DNA of 64,000 nt from an uncultured Chlamydiae bacterium (GCA_963828125.1 CAWHDP010000001.1:224001-288000), one strand, 5' to 3'. Shown: positions 41,668 through 52,123, counted from the first letter of the stretch. The notes: generated by a model not told the origin, from the letters alone. Program-made: numbers and translations.

Positions 41668-43683
41668 ATGTTAGCAGCTGTAAATGAAAAAGCCGCTGGA
41701 GGGAACCAAGCGGCTGACTCTCGAGAAAAAATCGAAAATTTAGACCTAGATTGTAATGAAAATCTCAATTTTCCGAAACCTGTTTCTAGAGAAGATTCGA
41801 AACAGAAAATGGAATATTTAATCATTCCTAAGACACTGACAGCAAAGAATCAAATAGAAGTGTTCCTTAAGACCGAAAAGAAAAATCTATCGCTCACTTG
41901 GCGAGGGGCAAAGAAATCGTTAAGCGGAGAGTGGCCAAAATCGGAGACGCCTTATTTTAGCATTCAGGAGAGCAGAAAAGTAGACCTACTGAAACTCCTC
42001 AAGAAGGTAAAGATTCCTATAGACGAGATTGAATTGCGCGAATTCATTCCGCCTCCTGAGATCCCAAAATATTTGAAGAAAGCGAATCGAATACAAGAGG
42101 CTGGAAATCAATATAATAAGGCTTTGCAGGAGATCGAATTTAAAGAAGCAGAAGAATTAGAAAATGCTAAGTCTGTGTTTATTACAGAAGATATTTCGGC
42201 CACTGAATATTTGCAGCGTATTGGAGAAATTAAAAATCGATATGCGCCTCAAAAGCAACATTTCCTGGATCTTGCAAATCGGAACTATGAAGCCGCCAAT
42301 GTGGTGCATGAGCAAGGAGAAGAAAGCTTAAAAGCGGGAAACGAAGAGCCAGTAGATCAAAATCAAATTGTTGCAGCATTCAATCAATCATTCGCGATCA
42401 TTGAGGTCCCCCAATTTGGCATTATAGAGTTTGGGAAAGACAAAATTTGGATCCACAAGAAGCGAGATATTTTGGATCGCTTTCAGAATCAGAAAGTCAT
42501 CACTGGTTATATAATCATGGACAATGGGGATTCAAAGGCGATTCATAAAACGAAAGCTGAAATCTGGCTAAGTGCTCTGGATCGAAATACTTATTATACG
42601 ATTGATTTCCGACCGGATCAGTCACCAGGTGAATTTATCGAAAATGGGAAACGGATCTACAACTCTTGGGTAGGTCTTTGTGTCAAACCTAAGAAAGGGA
42701 ACTGTGAATTGTTTAAGAGGCATATGCTAGAGATCATTTGCGCAGGGGATAGGGTTAATTTTGATTACTTATGGAGACTTGTTTCCAATTGGGTTCAGCG
42801 CCCCTGGGAACGCACATGCTCCCCTGTATTTAGAGGGGCTCAGGGAATAGGAAAAGGGGCCTTTACAGAAACGATTGGGAAAATATTTGGCCCTACTTAC
42901 TTTCTTACCAACGAGCATGAGCAGGTTTTTGGAAGGTTCAATGCCGCTATTATGGGGAAAGTACTCCTCCATCTCGATGAAGCGCTTGTTGATGGGGGGC
43001 GTCGATTCATAGGGAAGGTTAAGGGAATCATTACCGGACCTCAGTTTCCAATTGAGATGAAAGGTAGAGATCCAATCTCCATGAATAACCCGAGAAAAAT
43101 GATGATCTCTTCGAATGAGTCTTTCGCTATTCCGGTTGATGCTGATGATCGCAGATTTCTTTTTTTGGATGTGGCTCCCCGTCGGGCTAGAGATATCGAA
43201 TACTTTAAAAATTTATTCCATGAGATCAATAACGGAGGCGTAGAAGCTCTTTTGTACGACTTATTGAATACCGATTTGAAGGGATTTGATCCGATGCAGC
43301 TTCCTCGAGGAGGGCAAAAGTTTGGTTTTGATAATAAAATTGCATCGGCGGGATCATTTCATAAATTCCTTTTCCAGGCTTTCTCTGAAGGAACGTTTAA
43401 CCTTGGAGCTATGGCAGGAAAATGGACGACTGAAATTCGAACAGATCTTCTGTATGATCATTATCTCGATTTTTGCGATCCAAGAAAACTGAGTCCCGTT
43501 ATGGAGGAGGCAGTGGGACGAGAGCTTCAAAAAATGCTCGGGAAGACTGGATTTTCAAAAACAAGAAGAAGATTCGATGGAGGTCCAAAATACGTGTATG
43601 TAGTTCCGGATTTGACAAAATGTAAAGAGGCGTTTGCGGAGGCGTATAAGACAACCTCAACCAATATTTTTTGTGAGGACTGA
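41668..43683 (+). CDS. D5/DUF5906-like SF3 primase-helicase family protein
   Basis: YNSW.G, Walker A GAQGIGKG, Walker B LHLDEA, IEMKG.D, SSN, DDRRF, C-terminal winged helix (LYDHY..FC). Confidence 0.8.
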   Translation: MLAAVNEKAAGGNQAADSREKIENLDLDCNENLNFPKPVSREDSKQKMEYLIIPKTLTAKNQIEVFLKTEKKNLSLTWRGAKKSLSGEWPKSETPYFSIQESRKVDLLKLLKKVKIPIDEIELREFIPPPEIPKYLKKANRIQEAGNQYNKALQEIEFKEAEELENAKSVFITEDISATEYLQRIGEIKNRYAPQKQHFLDLANRNYEAANVVHEQGEESLKAGNEEPVDQNQIVAAFNQSFAIIEVPQFGIIEFGKDKIWIHKKRDILDRFQNQKVITGYIIMDNGDSKAIHKTKAEIWLSALDRNTYYTIDFRPDQSPGEFIENGKRIYNSWVGLCVKPKKGNCELFKRHMLEIICAGDRVNFDYLWRLVSNWVQRPWERTCSPVFRGAQGIGKGAFTETIGKIFGPTYFLTNEHEQVFGRFNAAIMGKVLLHLDEALVDGGRRFIGKVKGIITGPQFPIEMKGRDPISMNNPRKMMISSNESFAIPVDADDRRFLFLDVAPRRARDIEYFKNLFHEINNGGVEALLYDLLNTDLKGFDPMQLPRGGQKFGFDNKIASAGSFHKFLFQAFSEGTFNLGAMAGKWTTEIRTDLLYDHYLDFCDPRKLSPVMEEAVGRELQKMLGKTGFSKTRRRFDGGPKYVYVVPDLTKCKEAFAEAYKTTSTNIFCED

Positions 43684-43725
43684 AATGCCGTTATTTCAGA
43701 ACGATATGACAGTTCTTACTGAACG

Positions 43726-43947
43726 AGGAACAGTAATTGTGATCAGGAACACTTAAGTCACTGATATTAAGGTGCTGTTCTTGGTGTTCCTGGACAAATA
43801 CATGTAAAATGGATTTAGCGATATCGAGGCGTGTTTAAAACCAAATAAGGGTTTGAAAACTGTCTAGGAACACCAAGATCAAGGATTGGTTATTAACACT
43901 TAAGAAAATCTGTATCGGGGAACATCGCTGTTAGGAACTAGGAACAG
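43726..43947. repeat. GGAACA/TGTTCC iteron cluster, putative origin of element 1
   Basis: About 8 GGAACA-like copies in both orientations; 18-bp inverted repeat 43779-43796/43861-43878 with 1 mismatch. Confidence 0.65.
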
Positions 43948-43988
43948 CCGATAGGATCTGGACTATCTTTTGTAGAGTGGGGTTTTTT

Positions 43989-44414
43989 ATGAAAAGCACG
44001 TCAGAAAAACAAAAGTTTATTGAATTGAGAGCAAGAGGTTTGTCGTTTGATAAAATCTCCCAAGAACTCGGCATTTCCAAACCGACTTTGCTGAAGTGGA
44101 GTCAGGATTATGGCAAGGAAATCGCTAACTTGCTCTATTTTCAATTTGAATCAACGCTCACGCAGTTTCGTCTAGAGAAGCGTGCCAGGATTGAATCGAT
44201 GGCGACCATTTTAGCTAAGGCGATAGAGGAGTTGAAATCGAGATCCTTCGAGGAGCTTAGCGCAAAAGAGCTCATGAGCATTGTAGGGTATGCTAGCGAA
44301 AAATTGGAGACAGAGTTTTCCCGAGTGCGATACATCACAGATGAATGCATAGATCCGATGGATAGGATAGAGGATGAAGTCCTTGCCCCTAAAACTTTAC
44401 CATTTCCTTACTAA
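43989..44414 (+). CDS. HTH protein, paralog of 63373-63795
   Basis: FIELRARGLSFDKISQELGISKPTLLKW HTH; ends LAPKTLPFPY. Confidence 0.8.
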   Translation: MKSTSEKQKFIELRARGLSFDKISQELGISKPTLLKWSQDYGKEIANLLYFQFESTLTQFRLEKRARIESMATILAKAIEELKSRSFEELSAKELMSIVGYASEKLETEFSRVRYITDECIDPMDRIEDEVLAPKTLPFPY

Positions 44415-44607
44415 AATTTTCCCAATCCAGGTTCATTTTTTGGCTGCACCAATATTTTCCCTCAAATGTAAACATTCCTCCTAGCAAGACGCGCTCAACA
44501 TAAGCTGAATAAAAAACCGTCGGAACGTCAGGCTGTTAAATTGATGTAGCTGTTTGACTTTTTTGAAAATCAATGGCATCCTAGCGGATTAAAATCTGGG
44601 AACAGCC

Positions 44608-44802
44608 ATGCCAAAGAAAGAAACAGAAACTTCCAAAAAAGCCAAGACGACAGTCTACATGACGGAAGAGGAAGAGGTTTTTCTGACTGAATTATTCATT
44701 AAAAGGCTCCGAGAACGTCGGAAAACTGATAAATCAGCTCTTCTATGTGAGGGAATCCGTTTGTTATTTGAAAAGGAAATAGGGAGCATGACTAATGTCT
44801 AA
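44608..44802 (+). CDS. Small putative ribbon-helix-helix regulator
   Basis: KTTVYM beta ribbon plus helices (KSALLCEGI); possible TTGACT-N17-CATCCT promoter at 44554-44582. Confidence 0.5.
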   Translation: MPKKETETSKKAKTTVYMTEEEEVFLTELFIKRLRERRKTDKSALLCEGIRLLFEKEIGSMTNV

Positions 44803-45853
44803 GAAGCCCGAAAGCATATTGAATGAGCCAGCTGTCCACGGCGATTCCTCTAGTGAATACACTTCAACCTTACAGACAATTGTCAGTAAGATAGAGGTTG
44901 CTCAAACAAGAGCGATAAAGGCCGTAAACGTCGAATTGGTCTCGATTTATAGAGATATCGGCCAGATCATCCATGAAAAACAAGAGACCGCGGGTTGGGG
45001 AGCATCCATCGTGGAGCGGCTCGCAACTGATTTAAGAAATTTCTTTCCAAAAACCAAGGGGTTCTCCTCTCGTAACTTATGGATTATGAGAGACTTATAC
45101 GTTTCCTATCGGGATCATGAAAAACTGCAGACACTGTCTGCAGAAATTAGCTGGTCTCACAATGTGGCTATCTTATCGAAATGCCAAGATCGCCTAGAAC
45201 GAGAGTTTTATATACGCATGTCCAAGAGGAATGCTTGGAGTTATCGCGCCCTTTTGAACTACATAGAGAGTAAAACGTATGAAAGGACGATGGCCAGCCA
45301 AGAAAATTTTGAGGCCAACCTTCCAAAAAAAATGACTCCTGAAGCCAAATTGGCAATGAAGGACGAATATTCGTTTGATTTTTTAGAGCTTGGAGAGGAA
45401 CACACGGAACGTGAGCTGGAGCGTGCGGTTGGCAAGAACATAGAATTGTTTTTGCGAGAGGTTGGTAATGCCTACACCTTCGTAGGATCTCAATATCGTC
45501 TTGAAATAGATGGGCAAGAATTTTTTATCGACCTTCTCCTATATCACCGCAAGCTTAAATCATTAGTAGCGATTGAGTTGAAAGTGGGCCCCTTTATTCC
45601 CGAACATGTTGGGAAAATGCAATTTTATCTGGCCGTGCTCAATGACACTGTCCGCCTTGCTGATGAAAACCCATCGATTGGGATCATCCTATGCAGAGAA
45701 AAAAGCAGACTGATTGTTGAGTATGCTCTTAAAGACAGCAATAAACCCATTAACGTCGCTGCCTACAAAACTGTAACGACTTTGCCGAAAGAGTTTAAGG
45801 ATGAGCTACCGTCGCCGGATCAAATAGCACTTTTACTCGAACACATCAATTAA
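44795..45853 (+). CDS. YhcG/DUF1016 PD-(D/E)XK nuclease family protein
   Basis: GFS.RNL..MR, ISWSHN, KD.Y.FDFL, FIDLL.YHR.L..L.AIELK, GKMQFY. Confidence 0.9.
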   Translation: MSKKPESILNEPAVHGDSSSEYTSTLQTIVSKIEVAQTRAIKAVNVELVSIYRDIGQIIHEKQETAGWGASIVERLATDLRNFFPKTKGFSSRNLWIMRDLYVSYRDHEKLQTLSAEISWSHNVAILSKCQDRLEREFYIRMSKRNAWSYRALLNYIESKTYERTMASQENFEANLPKKMTPEAKLAMKDEYSFDFLELGEEHTERELERAVGKNIELFLREVGNAYTFVGSQYRLEIDGQEFFIDLLLYHRKLKSLVAIELKVGPFIPEHVGKMQFYLAVLNDTVRLADENPSIGIILCREKSRLIVEYALKDSNKPINVAAYKTVTTLPKEFKDELPSPDQIALLLEHIN

Positions 45854-45869
45854 CAGAAGACTTTCGATT

Positions 45870-47069
45870 ATGTTTGAATCAATTGTTGTAACCGCAAGAA
45901 ATTCTTTCGAATATTCCAAGCCTTTGGATATTGGTTCTTTAGTCGAAAGTATGTTTTTTTATGGAAAAAGTACACTCGTGGCTAACTACGTGATGCTCGA
46001 TCAGCTGTATCAATATTTTGGTGGGGAATATCTATACAGATTGCTGAGCGAAGAATTTCTAAATATTGTTTATTTGGAGTCGACAGTAGGCATTCGAACT
46101 GATAAACAAAACGAAATAGACTATCACAATATTATCCAGTTTAATTCACCTCAACACCAGTTCCAAGATAAATTGAGAGAACTCTGCATTAGCGCGAGCG
46201 GGAAAAAGGGCGCTGCACGAAGGCTTGCTCAGAGACTTGAAAGATATATTAGCGTGAGCAGGGAGACGCCTAAAGTATTAGAAGGGGCAAAAGAATCCAT
46301 TCTCAATCAAAGATACACGGAGTCTTCTGCTAGAATAATTCTTAAGGAATTAGTCCCAAATTTAGAATTAAATGAAATAGGCATTTTTAAGACTCATCAA
46401 GAAAGAGATGGGATCGTTTTAGAGACAGATATCAATTTTTCCAAGGTGAATGAAGTATATCATCAAAGAGTGTCTCCGTCTGACTCAACGATTACCCCTG
46501 CATTTATCCTTGCCCATATACTCAAACTTGAAGAGGAGTTGTTTTTTGCCTCTTCACATTTATCGGAATTGTGTTGCAGCGACTTAAGCTCTCAGTTGGG
46601 TATGAATAAAATTGATTACCTAATGGAAAGGAGCGCTAAGAGTAGCCGGAACCTTCAGAATTTTAACGAGATTGTTTTCAACGATGTGAAGACCATCCGA
46701 GAAGCAGTGAATGCAAATCAAGTCGATTTAGCGGATTTATTTAAAGCGCTTGAGCAATCACGAAAGTTTAAAAAGTGGCTTCATGGTCTGCCTCCTGATG
46801 CGCATTTATTCAAAAGCTATCATGAAGAAATTACGCGTGAATCTTTCCTTCAAAAACTCCCTGGCAAAGCCATCCGCTATTCCGTTTTTGCGAGCCTTGG
46901 GTTATTAGCCGATGCGTGCCTTCCGAAAACTAAAGCAGTTCTAACAGCTCTATCTCTTGGTGCATTTGATACATTTTTTCTCGATAGATTTGCTCTGGGG
47001 TGGAAACCCAATCAATACGTTGAGGGGAGTTTGAGAAAATTGGTTAGGGAAAAAGAGAGTAAACGTTGA
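45870..47069 (+). CDS. Hypothetical protein (399 aa)
   Basis: Long AT-rich ORF; no motif recognised. Confidence 0.7.
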   Translation: MFESIVVTARNSFEYSKPLDIGSLVESMFFYGKSTLVANYVMLDQLYQYFGGEYLYRLLSEEFLNIVYLESTVGIRTDKQNEIDYHNIIQFNSPQHQFQDKLRELCISASGKKGAARRLAQRLERYISVSRETPKVLEGAKESILNQRYTESSARIILKELVPNLELNEIGIFKTHQERDGIVLETDINFSKVNEVYHQRVSPSDSTITPAFILAHILKLEEELFFASSHLSELCCSDLSSQLGMNKIDYLMERSAKSSRNLQNFNEIVFNDVKTIREAVNANQVDLADLFKALEQSRKFKKWLHGLPPDAHLFKSYHEEITRESFLQKLPGKAIRYSVFASLGLLADACLPKTKAVLTALSLGAFDTFFLDRFALGWKPNQYVEGSLRKLVREKESKR

Positions 47070-48470
47070 ATGAAAAAATACGTCTTTAAGTCCTACAGCA
47101 AGATTTTCCCTGAACTCTTTCTTAGAGAAAAAGAAAGGATTTCCTCTCGTGTAAAAACGGCTTTGGCTATTGAGCATATTGGAAGCACATCAGTTCCTAA
47201 TTTAGGCGGGAAAGGGATCATTGATATTGCTATTGCCGTTCATAGACAAGACATGGATTCAGTATCAGAGCAGCTTCAAAGTTTAGGTTATGAATTCAGA
47301 CCCACTTTCAGTACTCCCGATCGATTCTATTATATTATCTATTTACCTGATCCTGAAGAGGGGGAAAGAAGGTATCACGTCCATTTGACATATCCAGAAA
47401 ATAGCGAATGGGGACAGTTTATTGGCTTTAGGGACTACTTGAGAAATCATCCAGATGAAGTTGAGGAATATGCTGCGATGAAAAAGCAGGCTGCGGAAGA
47501 AGCAAATCATGAAGGCGAGCGCTATCGAAAAATCAAAGAACCTATGTTCAAAAAAATCAGGTCCTTAATGGCTCAGGATCAGGAAGGTAAGCGGTTACTC
47601 GTAGAGGAAGACTTCGTACGCCGTTTAGTGGCTACTCAGTTTCCTCAGTGGAAAGATCTTCCGATCAAAGCGGTCTCCGTCAGCGGATGGGATAATAGGA
47701 CGTTTCATCTGGGCGATCACATGCTTATTCGCATGCCAAGCGCGGCAGAATATGCGCTTCAAGTAGAAAAGGAGCAGCATTGGCTGCCGAAGCTGGCCCC
47801 CTTTTTGCCTCTGCCAATTCCAATGCCTTTAGCGGTTGGAGAGCCAATGGATGGCTATCCTTGGAAATGGTCGGTTTATGGTTGGTTGGCGGGTGAGACG
47901 GCCGCCTCGGGGCATATAGCAGATCTGTGTAAATTTGCAGTTGATCTTGCGAAATTCCTCAAGGCTTTCCAATCCATTGACTCGACAGGTGGGCCTTTGC
48001 CTGGTCTTCACAGCTTTTATCGCGGAGGGTCATTGATGACCTATGATGCAGAAGTCAGACAGGCCCTCGCCACTCTCGAGGGAAAGATCAATGTTAGGGC
48101 TGCGACCCAAGTCTGGGATACGGCTCTTGAGACTGCTTGGAACGGAAAGCCTGTGTGGGTTCATGGCGACATCAGTGCTGGCAATCTATTAGTTCAAAAG
48201 GGGTTCCTCTCTGCTGTAATCGATTTCGGACAGCTGGCTGTTGGTGACCCAGCTTGTGATTTGGTGATTACCTGGACATTTTTCAATGGGGAAAGTAGGA
48301 AGGTTTTTCAGGATGAGCTTCTACTCGACGAGGGAACATGGGCCAGAGGGCGTGCTTGGACACTTTGGAAATCCCTGGTTGTCGCTGCTGGCTATACGAA
48401 TCCAAATAACTTCGAATCTGTGCGATGTTGGGATATTATAAAAGAAGTGCTGGAAGAAAAAAATGATTGA
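47070..48470 (+). CDS. GrpB-family nucleotidyltransferase fused to an aminoglycoside-phosphotransferase-like domain
   Basis: EHIGSTSVP...K.IIDI and FRDYLR..P...Y...K; then GWDNRT, VHGD...GN, VIDFG..GDPACD. Confidence 0.85.
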   Translation: MKKYVFKSYSKIFPELFLREKERISSRVKTALAIEHIGSTSVPNLGGKGIIDIAIAVHRQDMDSVSEQLQSLGYEFRPTFSTPDRFYYIIYLPDPEEGERRYHVHLTYPENSEWGQFIGFRDYLRNHPDEVEEYAAMKKQAAEEANHEGERYRKIKEPMFKKIRSLMAQDQEGKRLLVEEDFVRRLVATQFPQWKDLPIKAVSVSGWDNRTFHLGDHMLIRMPSAAEYALQVEKEQHWLPKLAPFLPLPIPMPLAVGEPMDGYPWKWSVYGWLAGETAASGHIADLCKFAVDLAKFLKAFQSIDSTGGPLPGLHSFYRGGSLMTYDAEVRQALATLEGKINVRAATQVWDTALETAWNGKPVWVHGDISAGNLLVQKGFLSAVIDFGQLAVGDPACDLVITWTFFNGESRKVFQDELLLDEGTWARGRAWTLWKSLVVAAGYTNPNNFESVRCWDIIKEVLEEKND

Positions 48471-48504
48471 GAATCCATACTATTCTGAAAAATAAGAGAA
48501 TCGA

Positions 48505-49359
48505 ATGAAACACACTGACTATATCGAAGTTGACGGCTTTAAATTCCGATACCTCACAGAAGGACATGGCCCTGACACACTGGTTATCGGTAGCTCCCTC
48601 TATTACTCGCGTAGCTTTTCTCAAAATCTCCGAAAGTCTTTGCGATTGCATTTCATTGATCATCGCGGGTTTGCAGAGCCCCCTACTCATGGAATCAATG
48701 AGGTATCATCTTTTGATGTGCTTCTAGATGATATCGAACAAATAAGACAAAAACTCTCTCTGAAAAAATGTATCGTCATTGGACATTCCGCCAATGGTCG
48801 ATTGGCTCTTGAATACGCCAAAAAATATAAAGAACATGTGTCTCATGTTGTGATGATTGGTACGCCACCAAATATGGGGCTAGACAATCTTGCAATGGCC
48901 GCGTGTAATTGGGATGAATCAGTTTGGCCAGAAAGAAAAGCCGCGTTTGAGCAAAACATGAAGATTTTCTCAAATGAAGAGCTCGGCAAGCTGCCTCGGG
49001 ATCAGCAATTCTCTAAAATGAACGCTCGCAATGCTCCCAAAAACTGGTACGACTATTGTTTTGACTCAAGCTTCCTTTGGCAGGGGGTAAAACCCAATAT
49101 CAAGATCCTTGATCAAATACATCTTCAATTTGGACGTGAGATTGATATTTCAAAAGAGCTAGAGTCGCTGGATTGTCCTGTCATGGTAGTCTATGGTCGT
49201 TTTGATTTTGCTGTTCCACCAGTACAATCTTGGGATTCTTTCCGTTCCAAGTTCAAGGATCTAACCGTCCGTATTTTTGAAAGAAGCGCTCATAGTCCTC
49301 ACTATGAGGAAGCGAGCCTTTTCGATGAGGAGTTACTAAAATGGGTAAGGAGAACATGA
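48505..49359 (+). CDS. Alpha/beta hydrolase (proline iminopeptidase-like)
   Basis: DHRG, GHSxxG nucleophile, GRFD, SAHSPH. Confidence 0.8.
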   Translation: MKHTDYIEVDGFKFRYLTEGHGPDTLVIGSSLYYSRSFSQNLRKSLRLHFIDHRGFAEPPTHGINEVSSFDVLLDDIEQIRQKLSLKKCIVIGHSANGRLALEYAKKYKEHVSHVVMIGTPPNMGLDNLAMAACNWDESVWPERKAAFEQNMKIFSNEELGKLPRDQQFSKMNARNAPKNWYDYCFDSSFLWQGVKPNIKILDQIHLQFGREIDISKELESLDCPVMVVYGRFDFAVPPVQSWDSFRSKFKDLTVRIFERSAHSPHYEEASLFDEELLKWVRRT

Positions 49360-50366
49360 GGCATCGATCGATCATTCTGTACATGTTTTTAGTTATCCAT
49401 TGCTTAAGTCTCTATGCAAAAGAAAATGTAATCGACCTAGAAGAGATGTCGCAGGATTATGTTCTTGAAGCTAAACAATTACATATTCCGGGTCATCCTA
49501 CAGCTTGCAATGCTTCCATTGTGCGCTGGCATGATAGGCTTGTTTTAAGTTTTGATGCTTATAGCATCGGAAAAGAGGATCAACCAGATTTGATGGGTCT
49601 TGTCATTTTAGATGAAGGATTTAACGTAATTGGAACTCCTCAAATTCTTGATGTTCCGAAGAATCTTTGGCAAGATGCGCGTCTTATTGTACTCAATGAT
49701 ATTCTCTACTTGGTATTTAATGGGGCTATTGATGGGGGAGTGCGTCGGACATTCATTGCTCAAGCAGATTTTAATGGTATAGAGTTCTCTATAGAGCCTC
49801 CAAAATCACTTTTGCGTTTTCCTGGAGAAAATCCTAATCAATGGGAAAGAAATTGGATACCATTTGCTTATAATAATTCCCTTCTTTTGGCCACCTATCT
49901 TTTGCCTCATCGAGTCCTAAGTTCTTCGATAGGAAGCCAGGATTGTGAAGAAGTGGCTTCATCCAATTTTTCTAGTTCTTGGGTGTGGGGAACTCCAAAA
50001 ACAGGAACAACAGCTCATTTAGATGGGAATCACTATCTTGCGTTCTTCCATTCCATCAAAGTCATGTCTAGTATTCATTCAGAGGGAAAACCGATTCAGC
50101 ATTATTTCATGGGTGCTTATACCTTTGAAAATCACCCACCTTTTAGAATAACAGCAATGAGTCAAGAGCCTATCATCGGTAAACATTTTTATCATGGTCC
50201 AGAATACGCCATGTGCAAACCTTGCCGCGTGGTTTTCCCTTGTGGATTTATTATGAATGAACAGTTCATTTGGATAGTTTTTGGCAGACAAGATCATGAG
50301 ATATGGATGGCAAAGCTTGAGAAAAAGAGACTCTATGACAACATGGAGCAATGCAATGTTGATTAG
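49356..50366 (+). CDS. Secreted five-bladed beta-propeller glycosidase-like protein (GH130/GH43-like)
   Basis: Signal peptide; CNASI, QDARL, ERNW.PF, VVFPCG, FGRQD. Confidence 0.6.
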   Translation: MRHRSIILYMFLVIHCLSLYAKENVIDLEEMSQDYVLEAKQLHIPGHPTACNASIVRWHDRLVLSFDAYSIGKEDQPDLMGLVILDEGFNVIGTPQILDVPKNLWQDARLIVLNDILYLVFNGAIDGGVRRTFIAQADFNGIEFSIEPPKSLLRFPGENPNQWERNWIPFAYNNSLLLATYLLPHRVLSSSIGSQDCEEVASSNFSSSWVWGTPKTGTTAHLDGNHYLAFFHSIKVMSSIHSEGKPIQHYFMGAYTFENHPPFRITAMSQEPIIGKHFYHGPEYAMCKPCRVVFPCGFIMNEQFIWIVFGRQDHEIWMAKLEKKRLYDNMEQCNVD

Positions 50367-50433
50367 AATTCATCGCTTTAGATGTTTTTATTTCAATCTA
50401 TATAGCATGTAGTTAAGGGCAGAATAGATCGAT

Positions 50434-50856
50434 ATGACATATAAAATATTAAAAGCAACCTCGCAGGAATTAAAAACCCTAGATCAAGCCATCACTGATT
50501 TCAATATCCAAGTCTCTCCAGAGCTTCCAAGGGCCGAAATTCACAGACTGGACTTTTCTGTTAAAAGTGAAAATGGCGAATTGTTAGGGGGCATACAAGC
50601 TTATTGGGTAAACTGGGGTATCTTACACGTTGAACTCATTTACGTATTCGAAGCCTACCGCCATCAAGGAATTGCCTCTACTCTGTTAAAACATGTAGAG
50701 CAAATTGCAAAACAAAATAAATGTCATTTGGCTCATTTAGATACATTTGATTTTCAGGCACAGGATTTTTACCTTGAACATGGATATTCTGTTTTCGGCG
50801 TTCTAGAGAACGCTCCAAAAGGGCATTCTCGTTATTACATGAAAAAGGAGTTATGA
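50434..50856 (+). CDS. GNAT N-acetyltransferase
   Basis: YRHQGIAS.LL, LDTFDFQA..FY..HGY. Confidence 0.9.
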   Translation: MTYKILKATSQELKTLDQAITDFNIQVSPELPRAEIHRLDFSVKSENGELLGGIQAYWVNWGILHVELIYVFEAYRHQGIASTLLKHVEQIAKQNKCHLAHLDTFDFQAQDFYLEHGYSVFGVLENAPKGHSRYYMKKEL

Positions 50857-51227
50857 TGGAATACGTGAAATATGAAACCGCTCAAAAACATGCAAATTCT
50901 CCTAATTGCATTGTGTACGAATACCCTATGAAAAATTCTGAAATGAATATTGGCGTAGCAGAAATTACTCATAGATATCCAGATGAAGGATACGCCGTTA
51001 ATCATAAGTGTAGCGAGATGGGCTATATTCTAAAAGGGTCAGGAAAACTGATCACCGAAACTGGAGAAGTAAATCTTTCCGTGGGTGATGTGGTTTATGT
51101 TCCTCATGGGGAGAAATATTATTGGGAAGGAAATATGACAGTGATTCTGCCCGCAACACCAGCCTGGTATCCAGAGCAGCATGAAACCGATCTTACTACT
51201 GACAAACTAACGGTTTTGCCTGAATGA
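50853..51227 (+). CDS. Cupin-domain protein
   Basis: E.GYILKGSG...GDVVYVP.GE. Confidence 0.8.
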   Translation: MMEYVKYETAQKHANSPNCIVYEYPMKNSEMNIGVAEITHRYPDEGYAVNHKCSEMGYILKGSGKLITETGEVNLSVGDVVYVPHGEKYYWEGNMTVILPATPAWYPEQHETDLTTDKLTVLPE

Positions 51228-52123
51228 AGGGAGAAAATGTAGAGTTCCTGATCTCTCGATACAAGGAACTGGTGAGTTTTCAAGAAGCTCATTTCGTCCT
51301 GATTGCTCATGAAGATGCAATGGTTGCGACGGTTTTTAAAATCACGCAGCCCAATGGCGCAGAGTTCATTCTTAAAATATGCTCTCGCGATGGGGACTAC
51401 TATCGGGAAGCCCATTTTTTGCATCATTTTCATGAGAAAATTCCGACGCCTCGCGTCATTCAGCTCATTCCTCCAAAAAACGATCTGCATGGAGCCATTC
51501 TCATGGAATTTTTACCTGGGAAATTGCTTAACACAGAGGTACTGACTGATGAGCTTTGCTATGAAATAGGCTCTCTTCTTGGCACTATTCATCTCGATTC
51601 AGTTAAAGGTTATGGAGACCTCACTGAGCCTGGGCAACTATCCTCCGATCCTCGAATTCCTTTCACACTAAAATTTGAAGAAGGAATGAACGAATGTCGA
51701 GATCATTTGCCTTCCAGTCTCTTCGAGAAATGTCGCCGATATTATGACAGTCACATCGATCTTTTGCTTGAGACAGACGGCCCTTGCGTTATACATCGCG
51801 ATTTTCGACCAGGTAACCTCATCGTTGATCATGGAAAGATCCAAGGAATTATTGATTGGTCTTCAGCTCGTGGGGGATTTGCTGAGGAAGATTTTTGTCC
51901 TCTGGAATTCGGCGAATGGTCCACCCACGCGTCTTATAAACAATCATTTTTAGGTGGTTATGCTAAAATCAGAAAGATTCCCGATTATCACCGCATCCTA
52001 CCTCTCTTGCGCTTAAGCAGAGCTATTGGGGCGATTGGGTTCACAGTCAAGCGCGGAACCTGGGAGCATAAAGGCTCAAAGATTTATCAATTTAATCGTC
52101 AATATCTTGAGAAGAACCTGTGA
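51224..52123 (+). CDS. Aminoglycoside phosphotransferase/choline kinase family protein
   Basis: ILKI, IHRDFRPGN, GIIDW. Confidence 0.85.
   Translation: MKGENVEFLISRYKELVSFQEAHFVLIAHEDAMVATVFKITQPNGAEFILKICSRDGDYYREAHFLHHFHEKIPTPRVIQLIPPKNDLHGAILMEFLPGKLLNTEVLTDELCYEIGSLLGTIHLDSVKGYGDLTEPGQLSSDPRIPFTLKFEEGMNECRDHLPSSLFEKCRRYYDSHIDLLLETDGPCVIHRDFRPGNLIVDHGKIQGIIDWSSARGGFAEEDFCPLEFGEWSTHASYKQSFLGGYAKIRKIPDYHRILPLLRLSRAIGAIGFTVKRGTWEHKGSKIYQFNRQYLEKNL

Noticed and set aside
47070..52123. Classical integron
   Set aside because: No attC-like palindromes or spacer room between genes, and the integrases resemble phage-type enzymes with arm-binding domains rather than IntI.
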